From Raillietiella orientalis (taxonomy: Eukaryota), in assembly GCA_036172245.1 (NCBI GenBank), contig JAYWIR010000021.1, positions 806,001 through 870,000 on the forward strand: a stretch of DNA of 64,000 nucleotides, read 5' to 3'. Positions 1-13,300 of this stretch are shown piece after piece. Under the pieces are notes generated by a model. The model was not told the origin of the DNA, did no database searches, and saw only the letters and a program-made list of their open reading frames with translations. A program made the position numbers and the translations under genes. Each line of letters starts with the position of its first letter. The first letter of the stretch is position 1.

Positions 1-86
1 TTGCGCTTTTTCCCCACACATGTGAATGATCCTCTTTGATCCCCAGCCACCAGCGTACAAGAGCAGTGCCACAACAAACAAAATTC
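1..86 (-). CDS. LHFPL2: LHFPL2-like (LHFP tetraspan family) coding exon 3, truncated by the window edge
   Basis: Acceptor ctgttgcag at 95-87, then (G)ILFVVALLLYAGGWGSKRIIHMCGEKAQ, matching the LHFPL LYPAGWG...YCG motif. Phase 1 matches the donor at 1201. Confidence 0.88.
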
Positions 87-279
87 CTGCAACAGTTATG
101 TTTAAGATACTCAGTAATTCAAAGCAAGAAAATTATATTTTATGAGTTAACGACATTTGTTTCGATGGCGTTGTTGCTTCCGGTTGGGCCACGTCAGCCG
201 TTTGCTTCTTGTGAGTGTCGCTTTCGACAAACGTCGTATGGTTTTTTTCTTTTGTGTGTGTGTGTGTGTGTTTCTCCTC

Positions 280-310
<31 letters not shown>

Positions 311-1201
311 TTTTCCGTCGTTTCGACCGGGATTTACGTAATCCTGTAGGAAGTCGTGATCGCAGGCTGTCTCAGGGCAACCCATTCGAGTTGAATGATA
401 ATTAACATGGAAACAAAGTAGCAGCCAAAAGAGCTTAGCGGTGTGTTCCTCAAGTTTATGGTGCTTGCCGTTTCAAGAACGAAGAGCGGATACCACTTGC
501 CCTCGGAGGCGAGGTTGTAAATAATCATCGTACGTTCGAGTACGTGCCAGGTAAACAGGAAATTGTGGTTGAGCTTTGGCAAAAAGACGTTATGAGCTTC
601 ACGAAATCAGTTACGAGCTAACTGCTGGCGAGCTTTTCCGTTCCGCTTGCTTATTTATGGGTCTTCGCCATCGGTGTGTTTCGGTGGTCCGAGCGGCAGC
701 GCCATGCTGCTCATCTATTCCTGGCTCCGGCCCTCTGAGCGCGGTGGTCTTCCCAACCGTGCGCGCGCGGGATCAGTCTGCCAGCCCGGGCAGAAACGAG
801 CCTTGCCAAAAATGCATGCGATTGGGAAACACACGTGTCTATCCCCGAGGTCTGCCGATGGGAAACGGGAACGGGCGTGTCGTGTCAAAGCAAGAGCGTG
901 GCGCCAGGGCACGAGTGCGGCTGGCGGAGACCTAGCGGGACCGGGATCCATCAGATGGTTCGGTCTTGTCTTTGGCGACTCCGTGGAGCGCCAAGTCAGC
1001 GAGTTGCTGCTGCTGAGGAAGAATACGAATCGCACTCGGGAGCTCCTCTCGTTGTCGCTCAAAGTGCGTGGCTGCTGCAAAAAAAAAAAAGTTCCGCATC
1101 TTTTCACGCTGCATTCTGGATTTGAAAGGCGCGCGTAACTTTGACAAGGCAGCAAAATATGGCGTTTTTTCTTTTTTTTTTCTTTTTTTTTCTTTTTTTA
1201 C

Positions 1202-1477
1202 CTGCAACACACTGGATGGATCCTGATGTTGTAAATAAACTCTTCTGACCGATTTTCTGTACGCAGCACCCTACCAAGGCAGCTATGATGGTTAAAGATA
1301 GGAGCAGCACACCAAGGACGAAAAGAAGCAGGGCTGCCTTCCAAAAGTGAGGAAAGTTATCGTCTTTCACGAAAAAAACCGAGAATATGGCGGAGCATTC
1401 GTTCTTCGTAGCGTTGGGAACCTGCTCGTGGGTCGAGCATTCGTAGATGCCTATCTGCTCTCTGAATCCTATTTCAT
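1202..1477 (-). CDS. LHFPL2: LHFPL2-like coding exon 2
   Basis: Acceptor tctttctttgcag (1478), reading EIGFREQIGIYEC...NFPHFWKAALLLFVLGVLLLSLTIIAALVGCCVQKIGQKSLFTTSGSIQCVA, donor GTAAAA at 1201. GIY.C, FW and CVQ.I..KS.F motifs fit LHFPL2. Confidence 0.9.
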
Positions 1478-1599
1478 CTGCAAAGAAAGAAGAGAGGCAT
1501 TAAGCATTATGGCGGGGAGCACACACCCCAACCGCTTGATGTAGCATCGTCACGACCCCGAAAATGTGTGACGAGTCGATTCGTGTCCACATCCATAAA

Positions 1600-4500
1600 A
1601 CGGATGCTTTCTTCTAATGTACAACCGCCGGAGTTTTCAAAATTGGCCATAAACTCGGCGCCGAATCCAAGACTATTTCCAGCGTATTACTTAATGCTAT
1701 CCAGAAAACCCGAAAGCTTCAGGCCTGAGATCGTGTCTCACACGTGGCCAAGACAGCTGACTATGTAGTCTTTGGATTGGTAGGAAGGCGATTCGGTAAC
1801 ATGGACACCATTTTTCGGTTTCTTCCTCCAAATGAAAGTGTTCTCGCTTATTATTATCGGCAGCAGTGTGATGACTCGCAAGGTGTCCTTTCCGTTCACT
1901 CCGGGAAGGGAACGGAAGGAAATGGGTTGCACTGTGTAGATAGGGCGATGGAAAGGGGGGCCTCGTTGCGGGACCGTTCTCTTTTCGTTCCGTCGTGAAC
2001 AAGCATCGCCTGTGACTCCTCCACCTACGAATGTGAGCCGAATAGACTTCAAGCTCAAATTCTTACCCCGGGGCGCACGTTGGAAGTAGGCAGCCTCGCT
2101 CTGCTTGGGATGTTTCCATGATTTCCCGCCCTTCCTCGGGTGGGACCCGCGGCGGAAGTCTCGTTCACTCGATTTTCTCGGACTTTCCACTCACTCTCGC
2201 GATTCCGGGATTCTGGCTGCTCTCCTGTCCGATATCCATCCGGTTCGCTGATCATGTGCGTTGGTCTTGCGGGTGTGATTGTGAGGTCAGCGCTTCGGTG
2301 ACCCTCGCTGTTGGGCGCACGTGGAACGTAAATACTGAATTGAATTTTACGCCGTTCGCCTGCAGGAAATGGAGTTCGTAAGCTTCGCTCCAAAGTTCGT
2401 CGTCTGCTGAGACGCCTCCGAGAGAAAAACGGTGCTTCCCCTCGATGGGCACTGCGCAGCCGTCGCGGCAAACCAAGCTGCTGTTCGAGCCGGTCTCGAG
2501 TTCCCTCACCGTGTCCGGTTTCCAAAGCCGACGCTCGCAAGAGTCTTCCTCCTCCTTCACTGCGCCCGCCCGATGCGCTTGCGTTCTTCCTTCGCCAGGA
2601 GCACGCAGCTGCAGACTCGCTACGCCACTTTAGCCGCAGGCGTGGTTCTGCACTCCGGCACGTTTTTCCCCGTTTCCCATGCCATTTGCCAGTGCAAGTT
2701 TGCCCTCCTACGGAGTAGCTGAGCCTCCTCGCACCCACGGAGAGCCAAAGAGGAACCTTGTGGCGAGCGGGAGGCCTGCTGGATAGCCCGGAAGCTCCCC
2801 TTCGAACTATCGCCTTTCTGAAGCGGGAAGTCGTGCACCGCGGATTTCGAAAAATTCCATTCGTTCACTCCATGGCCCAGTTTTCATTCTTTTCTTCTTC
2901 TTTTTTCACGTCTGGTCCTCTGGTGTTCGATCTACCCGAGTCCTCTTCGGCCCGACATTTTTGAGCAATGGTCAGCCCTTCTGGATGGAGCGGTTCGTGA
3001 GGTCGCCAGTAGGCAAGAATCCCCCGGGAAATTTCCCTCGTCCTCTGTAAGGAGAGAGCGCTCGGAAGGCGGGACTGCCCGGTAGCAGCTTCGAGGAGGA
3101 ACAGGGGAGGAGAGGAGGTTCCCCGGCTGTCGACCAGAGTGCACCAGCGTTGCGCGGGCTCCGAATGCAATCGGCCACTGCCGATGATCCCCCGGAGAAG
3201 CATTTCTTCAGAGCAGGGGACTCTTGGGAAGGCCTGGGCTCGCAGGGACGAGCGCTCGTGGGCAGAGGAGGCCGACTCACGAGATCACCTGCTCTCTCGA
3301 ATCGGGAAGAAGGGAATAGGGCGGGCGGGTAAGCGTGGCCAGTAGGTAAAAGAGGCACTGTCAGACGGACGCACGTGGAAAGGATGCCAGCAGTTTGATG
3401 GAGGGGATCGAGGAAGGGTCAAGATGCAAAGCAGGACAGAACCGGAGCGGCTTGCAGGGTTCCCACCACGTATCCATGCAGTAGCATGCGACTGGTTGGC
3501 TCTCCCGGTCCCCTTCCTCCAAAACAGGTGGGTTGCGGCCCGACGACAGCGAGCTGCATCTGGGAGGAAGGAGGAAAGGGACAGCCGCAGAGCCACTCTT
3601 CGGGAGAGCGAACCTGGGACACGGAGTCCCCCTCAAGTGGGTAGGATGGTCCCCAAGAGGGGCGTCTGGAATCTTCCGAGGTCGCGGGAGAGCAGAAGAG
3701 CAGCAGCGGACGAGGAGGGAAACCCAGGAAGCCTCGATTGCCACCTCGAAGTGGATGGATATGCGGGGAGGAGGAGGTCGTCTCAGCGCCAAGGACCACT
3801 GCTCGCCAAGGAGTTGCTGGTTCCTGGACCAGCGCGCCACCGAACCGCCGGTTCGGTCTCCGTGCAGTGACTCCCGGATTTTCACCTGGGAAAAACCGTC
3901 CAGCGAGGCTCGCGAGCGCACGCCGAGTTTTTCCCGGGGTCTCTGCTCTGAGGGCGCATCTCGCAGCGGGCGGGAATATCCGCCTGCCACCCCATCGTCC
4001 TCGCATCCACTACCGCCGGAGCCAAGGCGGTCGCCGCCTACCACCGAAGAGTGGTCAGCGCTGGCTTCGAGAGCTCCTGGGTCCCAGGTTCCTCTCTTCC
4101 GGACACGCTTTCGCCGCTTCTCTTCTCTTCCGCGAGGGTGTGCACTTGCCTGCCTTCCGGGCAAGACCGCTCTTCACGGAAGGCGCAGCAGCAGCAGCAG
4201 AAGCGGGTTCCCTCTCTGGCAGACGGAGGAAAGAGGTGGAGTTTCCCCTTTCTTTTTTGTTTTCTCTTCAGCTCGCGGAGGTGGAGAGGTGAAACGGTGA
4301 TGGGTCCTTTCAGGGAGATTCCTATCCTTGGCTCGGAATGAAAAAGGAACAAAGGGGCGGGTGCAGGGCAAAGAACAAGGAAGAAGACGGCAACAACTAA
4401 AAAAAAGAAACTTCGACCCCCGCTCTCCCTTGCGTTGTTCCTCCCGAAAGAAGAAAATCTCGAAGTTTGCTGATCGGAAAGAAGGGAGAAACGTTGTGGT

Positions 4501-5700
4501 CTCCGCGCGTGGCACCCGTCCTCGCGGGTTCGAATCTCCTCACCGGGGAAAGGGTCGACGCCCCGAGAGCGTAGGTTGCGTCGTGGGTTCGTTCCCACCG
4601 CGGGACGGCGCTGGTTGGCCTCGGTTGGCTTTGGGTGCGGCAGTGATGGAAGCCGGACACCCGGCTGGGATTGGGAGTTGACCGGCCAGGGTCCTTCCAG
4701 GACATCAAGGAGCCCTTCGAGTTTTCCTCCACTTCCGGTTGGAGGAAAATGGAACCGTCCCCTTGGGGTCGACCTTCCATCGCGTGCCATGGAGTTGGTT
4801 GGTGCCTTTCCATAGTGCAGGAAGGGAGCGGGAGAAGGAGGAAACGGGGAGCGGTCGGTTCCCTCGCGGATTCCCTCCGGAGAAGAAATGCCAGGAGCGG
4901 CCCCTCTGGGGGATCCTTCCAGAGAGAACCAGGAAGAGTTGGTTCCCTTCGGTGTTCCCTTCGATACATCCAGGATGAAGGGTTCCCTCCAGGGTTTCCC
5001 TGCCAAGAGTGAGAGGAACGGACTCTTCCTCCGCGGCCTTTCCGGATTCATAGGCTAGTCCCCGCCCGCGGCACCCCTTATGAATTGAAGGGTGACGCGC
5101 ACCCTCGGGCCCTGGCATGGACATGTCAAAGAGCTTCGTGATCTGCCTCCCCTCCTCCTTCTAAGGGGGCGAACGGTTCCCAAGCACGTGCTTCCTGGGA
5201 AGAGGAACGGGGGTCGTCGTCGCCGCGTCCCTCACCCGCTACCACGCGGACCTTCCCGCGGGCACCTTGCGACCTTCCGAGGGTCGCTGCAGGTCCCAGG
5301 TCGCCCTCCCGTTGGGGCTTCTGGGTTGCGTCTGCCCCCTATCCCCGCCGTCTCCTCGGCCGACGCCATCGACGGACATCGGCGCGACCTCCGTCGTTCT
5401 CGTCCGACCCTGTTCGGTCGGAGGTCCTCTTTCGCTCCCGAGCAGTGTCCGATCAGCCATCTCCCGAGACTGCGTCCTCCCTCTTGCCGAGAGTGGCCAG
5501 ACCCGGGAGGAATCTCTCGGGAGACGTGCCTCCTGGGAGATTCCTCCCGGAAAAAACATCCTTCTTCTCCCTCGCGGGACAGCTGCACTCTGGAAGCAGC
5601 CCCAGGGGCACCGTCGGGCAAGGCCGCCTTGAAGCTGCGTCGTGCGTGCATCCGCGCCGGCAGGGAATGCCGCGGTCAGTGCGGGGCAGAGACCCAGGGG
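1600..5700 (+). mobile_element. Degenerate L1/Tx1-type LINE ORF2 (APE-RT-Zn finger), inside LHFPL2 intron, antisense to the gene
   Basis: Colinear decayed motifs: FADH...GRTWNVNTEL (APE end, ~2250-2340), VGKNPPG (~3015), CNRPLPMI (~3170), LAGFPPRI (~3455), FSRGLCSEG (~3935). 4660-5140 is visibly homologous to the reverse complement of 21590-22080. Confidence 0.72.
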
Positions 5701-6230
5701 GAAGGGTGTTTCGTCGTCCTCCTCCTCCTCCCCCTCTCTCTCGGAGCTCCATCCTCAACCCGCGACTCGGAGCGCCACCTGGGGAAGGTGAGGGACGCCT
5801 CCGGGACGGGGTTGCTCTCGCCCCGAGGGAGGGAAAGGTCTCGGAGAGGCCTGGGGAGGGCCCCATCCCGCCCTTGTCCTGGATTCTCCCGAAAGCGGGA
5901 CGCTCGGCCCCTTCCCTTTACGAGGGCGGCGGCTGTCTCCCCGCCCGGCTCGGCCTCCACCGGTGGAGCGCTGGCTATTCGGTAGGAGGGGTGAAGTCCC
6001 GGGAAGGGGGAGTGGGTGGGTGGCTGGGTGGCTGCCGCCTTCGGTGAATCCTCCTTCGGGTCCTCCTCTTCCCGGTAGCGCCGCGGCGAACGAGGCGGAG
6101 TGATTCGACCCGTCCGGGGATCCCGGAAAGGGGGGGGCGGAGGAAGGACCCTTCCTTGCGCTTCCTGCGTCTCCTTCGCTGTGGATGCTGCGCCAAGGAT
6201 GGACGCGGAGTCTCCCCGCCCTCTGCTTAC

Positions 6231-6384
6231 CGGATGCGTTCGGATGCCCGTAGGCCCTGTGCTTGAACCTCCTCGGGGCAACGATCCACCGGCGGGTCAG
6301 GATCGCCGTGACCATGCCCAGGGCGGACAGGACGGTTACCATGATCCACAGCAGGATGCGGACGGTCACCACGATAAAGCACAT
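6231..6384 (-). CDS. LHFPL2: LHFPL2-like coding exon 1 (start codon and TM1)
   Basis: gccgccATG then MCFIVVTVRILLWIMVTVLSALGMVTAILTRRWIVAP (cf. LHFPL2 N-terminus MC.VIVT.RS.LW). Donor G|GTAAGC at 6230 is in phase with the acceptor at 1478. Confidence 0.88.
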
Positions 6385-6899
6385 GGCGGCGACCTCTTGC
6401 GGGGTCCCTCCCCTCCTGAGCAGGAGATGCACCGCTTTGCCCGCCCACAGCTGCTTCCCGAACGGATGGCCCCCTGCGCGGACGGCGGGAGGGAGGGATG
6501 TGCACGCAGGTCCCTCGCCACCGCAGGAGGCGACAACGAGGCGGCCCCGTGGGCAGCCGCCGCTGTCAGCGCGCCTGCGCCGTCCTTCCCGCGCCGCCGC
6601 CGGGAAGGACGGCGCACCCCTCCTTCCCTCCCCCTTCCTCCTCTTTCTCTGGGAGAAAGAGAATGCTGGAGAGAATCGCACGAAAGAGGATGCGAGGGGT
6701 GTAAGGAAGGGAGACCCCCAGGCGCCTTCTCGGGGGTGCCGGGTGCCCTCGCTAGGCGCGATCCTCCTCCTTGCCCTTCGCTCCTCGGAGAGGCCGCGGT
6801 TCCTCTGCCCAGGACCCGAGGGACGCGTGGTCTCGAAGGTGCGACAGGGAGAGTCTCGCCCTCCTTTTCCCGATGAAGCTGCGGGATGACCCCGGACCT

Positions 6900-9063
6900 T
6901 GCACGGGACCATCACCCTGCGCTCAGTAACCTTTACGGAGAGGGATCCTGAAGGGAAGCGGGCCCGGGTCCCCTCGGCTGCCTCCGGGAAGAGGGAGAAA
7001 AAAACATGAGGAAGGGGAGGATGGCGCCCTTCCGCCGGGAGGCCGGCGCGCCGACTCGCGGGTGATTGCTGGAAGGCGCTACGCGCGCCCTTCTCTTCGC
7101 CTCGCCCTTCTTGTGGCCGCTCGGGCCGTGCCCGCGATCGGAGAGGGGAAGGGAGGGGAAGTCACGTGATCGAGGAAGCGGGCAATAGCCTTCACAAGGG
7201 CCGGAGACCCTGTTTCCCAGAGCGCGCGCGGTCCTCCTCTCGGAAAGGAAGAGCGGGTCGGAGGGCATCTCGGGAAACTCTGGCTGCCGGAGAAAGGCGC
7301 CAAGGATCGCAACAGGGGGGGGGGGTACTGCCCTCGGGAAAAAGGGGGCTCCCTCGCTCCTAGGAAAAGGACCCTGTTCCTCAGACTTCCCGGTCTTCCT
7401 GTCTGCTCGATGGTGTGCACGGCACCTGTCCTTCCCCTTGCGCTAACGGGAAGACCCGCTGCACTGAGATCCCCCGACCCAGACAGGTGGGCGGCCCTAG
7501 GAGCGCCACCACCATCCGTTCATTTGGTATCTGCGGGAAGGGGGTCAGAGCGGACTTCGCCAAGGGTACAGCATCATCCCGGGACATCGGACCCCGCTCT
7601 GCGCCCCGCTTCCTCAGTGAGCGCTCGCTCGCGGGAAGGAATGGAAAGCGGCGTCTCCAGAGCAACGGAGCGCCTTTCACGCCACCCAGACGGAGAGAGG
7701 GCGAAAAAGGAGAGGGAAAAAGGAGATTCCTAAGGAGAGGAAACGCAACCTCGGAGAGGCGCCCGCCGCCGTCCCTTGGGCTTTCCCGTTTTCCCGAGGG
7801 CGAGGCCCACAGCGCTTCCGGAACTCCCCTTCCCGAACGTTCTTATCTGCGATGGCTCCAGGTAATTGGCCAGCCCCGCAGCGGGTCCGGAAGCGGCCCT
7901 CGCCTGAGAAGCAGCTATAACTCCGCCGAGGCTCGGGGGTCCTTCCCGCGCGCCCGACCCACGGAGGCCACTGATTGGCTCCCGCCCTCTCCGCCGAGCT
8001 CGTGCCTCGGCCGCATCCCGGCCGCTCGCACGCGATCCCTCCGAGATAAGGTAGGAAGGAAGGAAGGAAGACAGACGCGCTTCCAGGGAAAAGAGAGGAG
8101 GAGACGACGGCAGCCGTCCTCTGCAGGAGGCACGCGAGAGCTTCCGCCCTGGAAGGGTCCCAAAGGATGCTCTCGTTCGGCGGTGGTGCAGGGCGGAAGG
8201 GGCTCACTCTTCCCACTTGCCTTTCTCAATGAAGCAGTCGGCCTCCCGCGGAACCGGCCCTAGGATCCGGGGAGCGCTGATGGCGACAGGAAGGGGGGCG
8301 AACGGCCGCGGTCGCGTCCCGATGGGGCTGTCCGCGACGGTGGCGCCCTCACCCAGCGAGGCGCCAAGAGGGGCGGGGACTCTAGCAGCGCTTGGAAGCC
8401 CCTAGCGGCTGCACTCAGAAACGCCGAGAGGAACCCGATAGGCCGGGATCCCGTCTGAAATTTCATCCACCGGGGATGTCCATCCACGCTTCGGTGGCCT
8501 TCAGTGAAAAGAGAGGAGGGGTGAAAGGGATAGGTCGATGGCGTTGCAGTAGGCCACGAGGGGGAGATCATCCACCCCTGCTCCATCATCGGGTCGCACT
8601 GACCATCCTTGGCAGCTTCCGCAGGGGTTCCTTGTGCCGCAAGGACTCTTGACCACCGGGTCGCCAGCGGTTCTCCGCTGCAAGCGAGCAGCAGTCGCGG
8701 TGGAGGCGGCAACGGAGCAGCTCCACCCTACCCGTGATGCGGAGAGGGGTAGCAAGACGACCTAAATAGGACTCCACGCGGGCCAAGGGGAGGCCGCGCA
8801 AGAGAGAAATCCTGGTGATCTATCCCGGAGGCAACAAACGTTTCCTCCTTCCCGGGCGCCTCTTCCACATTCGTTCCTCTCGGTCATGCGCATCGGTGCT
8901 CCCCCAGTCACGACTTTGAGACACGTTCGCTTCGTCTGAATGGATGTCCCGGAGTGGCTGGACCCTACATAAAAGACGAATCTGGACGGATCCGCGGAAG
9001 ATTTTTTTCCTGGCGTTTCTCCTAGTGAGATCCCGAATCCCTCAGATGATAGGCTTCAGCGCA

Positions 9064-9110
<47 letters not shown>

Positions 9111-9900
9111 TTTATATACCTCTTCCTTCATCTTCCCGTCTGCCGATGACTTTTTGCGATTAGAACCAGCAAGAACCAGCTGCCTTTGCAGCCGTTGCTT
9201 TCTGGACATCGACATGGCACTGCATCCTCTGCAAGAAAGTCGTCCACGAGACCATGAGAAGAAGCAAAGCTGAGAGATTCTCCTCATCTCATCCGCAGGG
9301 GGCAGAAAAGCGTCCAGGATTTTCCTCCTCCGTGCCAAAAGTGAGGAAGGGGCTCCCAGAAACGAACCGACTTCCGCGACCCCTCCGCAGAAAGCACAGC
9401 TCCCGCATCCTAAGAGGGAGGTTCTGTGTTAGGAGACGACGGCGACCGTCTTAACCTCGACGTAACCCCGCATTCGGAGACTGACCGGCGGAGGTGGGGA
9501 AGCGGGACAACGAAGAATAAGCCATAAGAACCAGCCAGCATCGGAGGATGCCGGCATCAAAGGATCTGTCCCACAGTCCCAACCTAGGTGTGTATAGCTT
9601 GGCGGTGACCCCTGTCTCTAAGGCACCGCGCGTCATGCGTCGGATCACGACGGTGGATGCGCGCGAGACGAGCGAGCAGGGAGCAAGTACCGAAAAGGGA
9701 GTCGAATGTCTCCGAAGGGTCATTCGTTTCCATCGAGCTGGAGTCTGCAGTGCTGCCCACCATCCCTGCCACCACCAAATTTACCATCTCTCTGAAAAGA
9801 GCACCGAAACTCAATCTTCAGTTTCAGGAACTGGAATCAAAGATACGCGATGGCTAGAGAGGGAATTTATTATTATTCTCATTATCGTTGTTTTTCACTC
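6900..9900 (-). mobile_element. Degenerate L1/Tx1-type LINE ORF2 (RT to Zn finger)
   Basis: Minus-strand motifs in RT order: AGQSPNAG (~9480), SQLCFFSWSRGR and LVLAGSNRKKS (~9150-9270), GRLATPLRITGRV...EPLRKL (~8620-8770), AGVDDL (~8570), LGPFQGG (~8150, shared with the copy at 24640). Confidence 0.65.
9068..9108. repeat. (CA)n microsatellite
   Basis: About 20 uninterrupted CA units inside a LINE relic. Confidence 0.95.
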
Positions 9901-10319
9901 TACTGAATATTTGTGTACAATTTTTGATTGTTTTATGAATCGCAAATGTTTGATTTAATTTTATGAATTGTGCTCATTAACGTATACCATGTTTAAACAC
10001 CTTACCTATTAACATCTTCCAAATATTTCTTAATGCATTTTGCGTGGAAGTCCTGATAAAATAATAGCTCTCTTCAATTAGATGTATTTACGTTACGCCT
10101 AGCCCTGGTCTTCTCCTTTTACCCCCCCAACGTCTTTCGAATGGGAAGTGGACACGAATCGCAGCTGGTATGCAGATGGGACTTCCGCATCGGTCACAGC
10201 AGAGCTGAATTCATCTTGACTGGTAGTTCGGTTAAAGGAAAAAAGAAAGAGAGGGGGGGAGGCAGCAGTCGCTACGGGAACGCATTCTGTGTGTTCCCGT
10301 AGCGTATCCAGGATTCTGT

Positions 10320-13300
10320 CTCAAAATCAGAACACTTGGAAATTCAAACTCCGTTCTGAAGTCCTTGATTTCCATATGACTCCACGAATCTTATGATGTG
10401 AAAAAGCCATTCGTTCACGAAAGCATCCTGGAAGATTCGTCACAGGCTTGTCACATCGTATCCGGATCCCATTCATCGGATTCCTCGGAGAATTTCGGAT
10501 GCTGTTTTGCCAAGTAACTCCTTCTTGCGAGGTTTCCCTGATTGTTTCAGGTCTGCTGGCGAATATCAGACAGTAGTAAATCGCAGCATTCGTTACCCCT
10601 AATGTGGATTTCAGTAATTTTGAAGCAAACATGGAAGACACGTTCAAGCGTTAATGATAATGTGCAAGGGTCTCCCTTGCTCATTATCATTTAGTGGCAC
10701 TTTCCAGACAGCGAATGAGGCACACTCACTCGCTAAACAACACAGAATGCATCCCGCAGTTTTTGTAGCCAATCAAATGTCAGCATCAGACTTGAAGAGG
10801 AACTCCATCTTTGGAGATCTGGCAAGGATCTGGCAAAGCAGATGGTGGCTCACATCACCCGCGTGTTTTCCGTAGTACTGGGACGGACTCTCAGCGTTTC
10901 GCCAGTCTTCCGATGTGCCCATCTCTCTGCTCAGCATTCCTGTTCTTGGACTTTTCACTGCTTACCACCGTCTCCAGCATGAGAAGCTCGCGTCTTCGCA
11001 AAACGATGTTGAAGACCCAGCAAGTCGACTCTGTCCGATGGAGAGTCCGAACATGGAATTTCTTCAGGCGGACCACACGTTTCGCAAGACTCCGCTACTC
11101 GCTTGAAGGCTTCTGCTTCGTCGCGTTAACGCGGAAGCGTTCTGTGCAGCTGCTGACGAAGAAATGAAGCTTCGTGGACTTTCAATTCAGAAAGCTGAGG
11201 TGCTCGAGCAGGCATCCGCAGGGCTGGGCTTCTGGGCTTCCGCCCCGTGAACAAAGCAGGGATGTCAGTGCGGAAAAAAAAACAGAAAACAACTCTGGCC
11301 TTCAACTTGTGCATTTTGAGCAGATTCCCCGAAACAACCTTGGGCGGCTGTTGCCAGCAACCTTCACAAAAGGGCGGTGTCAGGCATCTCTCTCCGTGTA
11401 ACCAATGCGAACTTTCGGTTGTGTATGAGTCGCAGGACGTGGCCTTTCAGACCGGTGTCTTCTTCTCCGAGGTCGACTCTTGTTCTTGTTTTCGTTTCTT
11501 TTTCCCTCTCTCTCTCTCATCTCGTGCAGATCAAGCTAAAGGAAAGGCCTCGGCATGTAGGAAAGCTTCTGACCACCAATGAAGTACGTTTACATCTCCA
11601 ACGAGGTTTCTCTTCCACTCTAGATCGGTCCAACGGGATTTTATTTTCGGGTGTTCATGGCGCGGAGAAAGTAGGCTGAAGTATTACTGAATTAGCAACA
11701 AAATAGGGCCGTGTAGGGTGCAAATTACGAGCCTGTTTAAACACGATGCAACGTAGCGTGTTGGGCTAATTGAAGGAATCATCTCTAATCGGATTCAATG
11801 AGGGGGCGAATGGCTTAAGCATGCTCGTAGTCGTGTTCCAGCTTCCGTTTCACAAACTTACACATCAGGATCAATGGTCTCCGATTCCGCCAAGACGTTT
11901 GGAAGGTGTTTCGTGTTTTCGTTCGCCCATGCCTAGCAAAACCCCTCTTCCCTATTGCCGAGTGTGCAAATTCAAATTCACACTCGTGATGAAGTGCTCT
12001 TTCAGTTTTGAAACTGCACGACAAAAAGGCATTCTTTCTCCTGGAGATTCGTTTAAGGAGGGTTTTCTCAATTAACACAGAATTTGCTATTGTTTTTTTT
12101 TTTTGTAAAAAAAACAAAAAAAAATGAGTCGGGCGTTACTCTTCAGAGAAAACTCTCCCAACCTTTTCTGTTCTGTGCATGAACGTGAAATGTGTAGACT
12201 TACCATTTTGTTTGCCTTAGATCAGCTTTTAAAAAGACGTTTCGGGGATTCCTCATACTGAAAAATCCCTGATTTCATGTTAATATATATATATATGTAT
12301 ATATTTCATTTCTGCAAAGCAAAGAGGCAAATGAGCGCCTCGGTTGCTCACCGAACCCAATTGAAAATCGTGATCGCTCTCAGCCAGTTGTACTTTCCGT
12401 AGTTTTTGTTGAAGCAGACATCGGCAAACTTCTTGATACGCAGCCCAAAGGCACACAACGCTCAAGCCAAAATCAGCTTCAGCCCGCTTTATTTCCCACG
12501 CAGAGCAGACTTTTGATGTCAGCACGGGCAGCTGAATTTCAAGAACTACCTACCCTTAACACACTGCTCCTATTTCCTACCTGATTGGATAGTTGGGACC
12601 CAACACCAACCACAGTTGTGCCATCATAATCAAAAACGATTTTTCCGATCGTTATTCTTCTTATTATCTCGAATCCTCCATGATGAAGCCATTTTTCTTC
12701 TATTTCTCCATGACTACCCCTTCATCTTCTACCCAAATGAACCTCTCCCTGGCATCTCTAAAAATACCACCATCAGCTTTAGAAGTTGTTAATTTCCACG
12801 GAAAAAATAGCCATCGCAATCATTTTTCCAAGCAACCCGTGGATTCTCGGAAATCCAATGTGTTCCCATGCTAATATGAGCATATAATCTCTCTATGCAA
12901 GTTCTGCCAACGTTAATTATATGATTAAGAAGGGAGTAGGTGTCACTAGGATCAGGAGATTACAAGAAGACCCCCATCAATTCTGTAAAGTACTTGGAAG
13001 AAGATGGCTTCGGTTTGAGCTTTCGCGGCTTGAGATTTCGTTTTTGAAGTCGCAAAACACGTGGGTCCATAATTGTGAACACTGTTCTTCCCAAATGTCT
13101 CGATAACTGTCTCATAACTTGAAGGGGTCGAGACGAAAATGGCAAAAGTTCCCCGAAAGTGAAGGGAGAGAGAGTTGTGTGATGATACGAGTGACTGCCA
13201 CACGAGTGCAGCGAGAGTTTTGAAGCCACAACAGATTCACAACAAATTGTGGCTGATGTCCTTAATCACATTGAAATCGCATCAGTCATCACAAATTCCT

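Noticed and set aside
5755..6915. 386-aa minus-strand ORF as a single gene
   Set aside because: Only 6231-6384 is LHFPL2-like and it is bounded by a start context and a donor. The rest is stop-poor GC-rich sequence.
2000..9000. Many overlapping 150-340 aa ORFs rich in R/G/P/S
   Set aside because: They occur in all six frames, as expected from high GC, and are explained by decayed LINE sequence.
9451..9723. YTPRLGLWDRS resembling an LHFPL loop motif (second paralogue?)
   Set aside because: No TM context or splice sites. It lies in frame with a LINE RT-like motif (AGQSPNAG), and the true exon is at 1202-1477.
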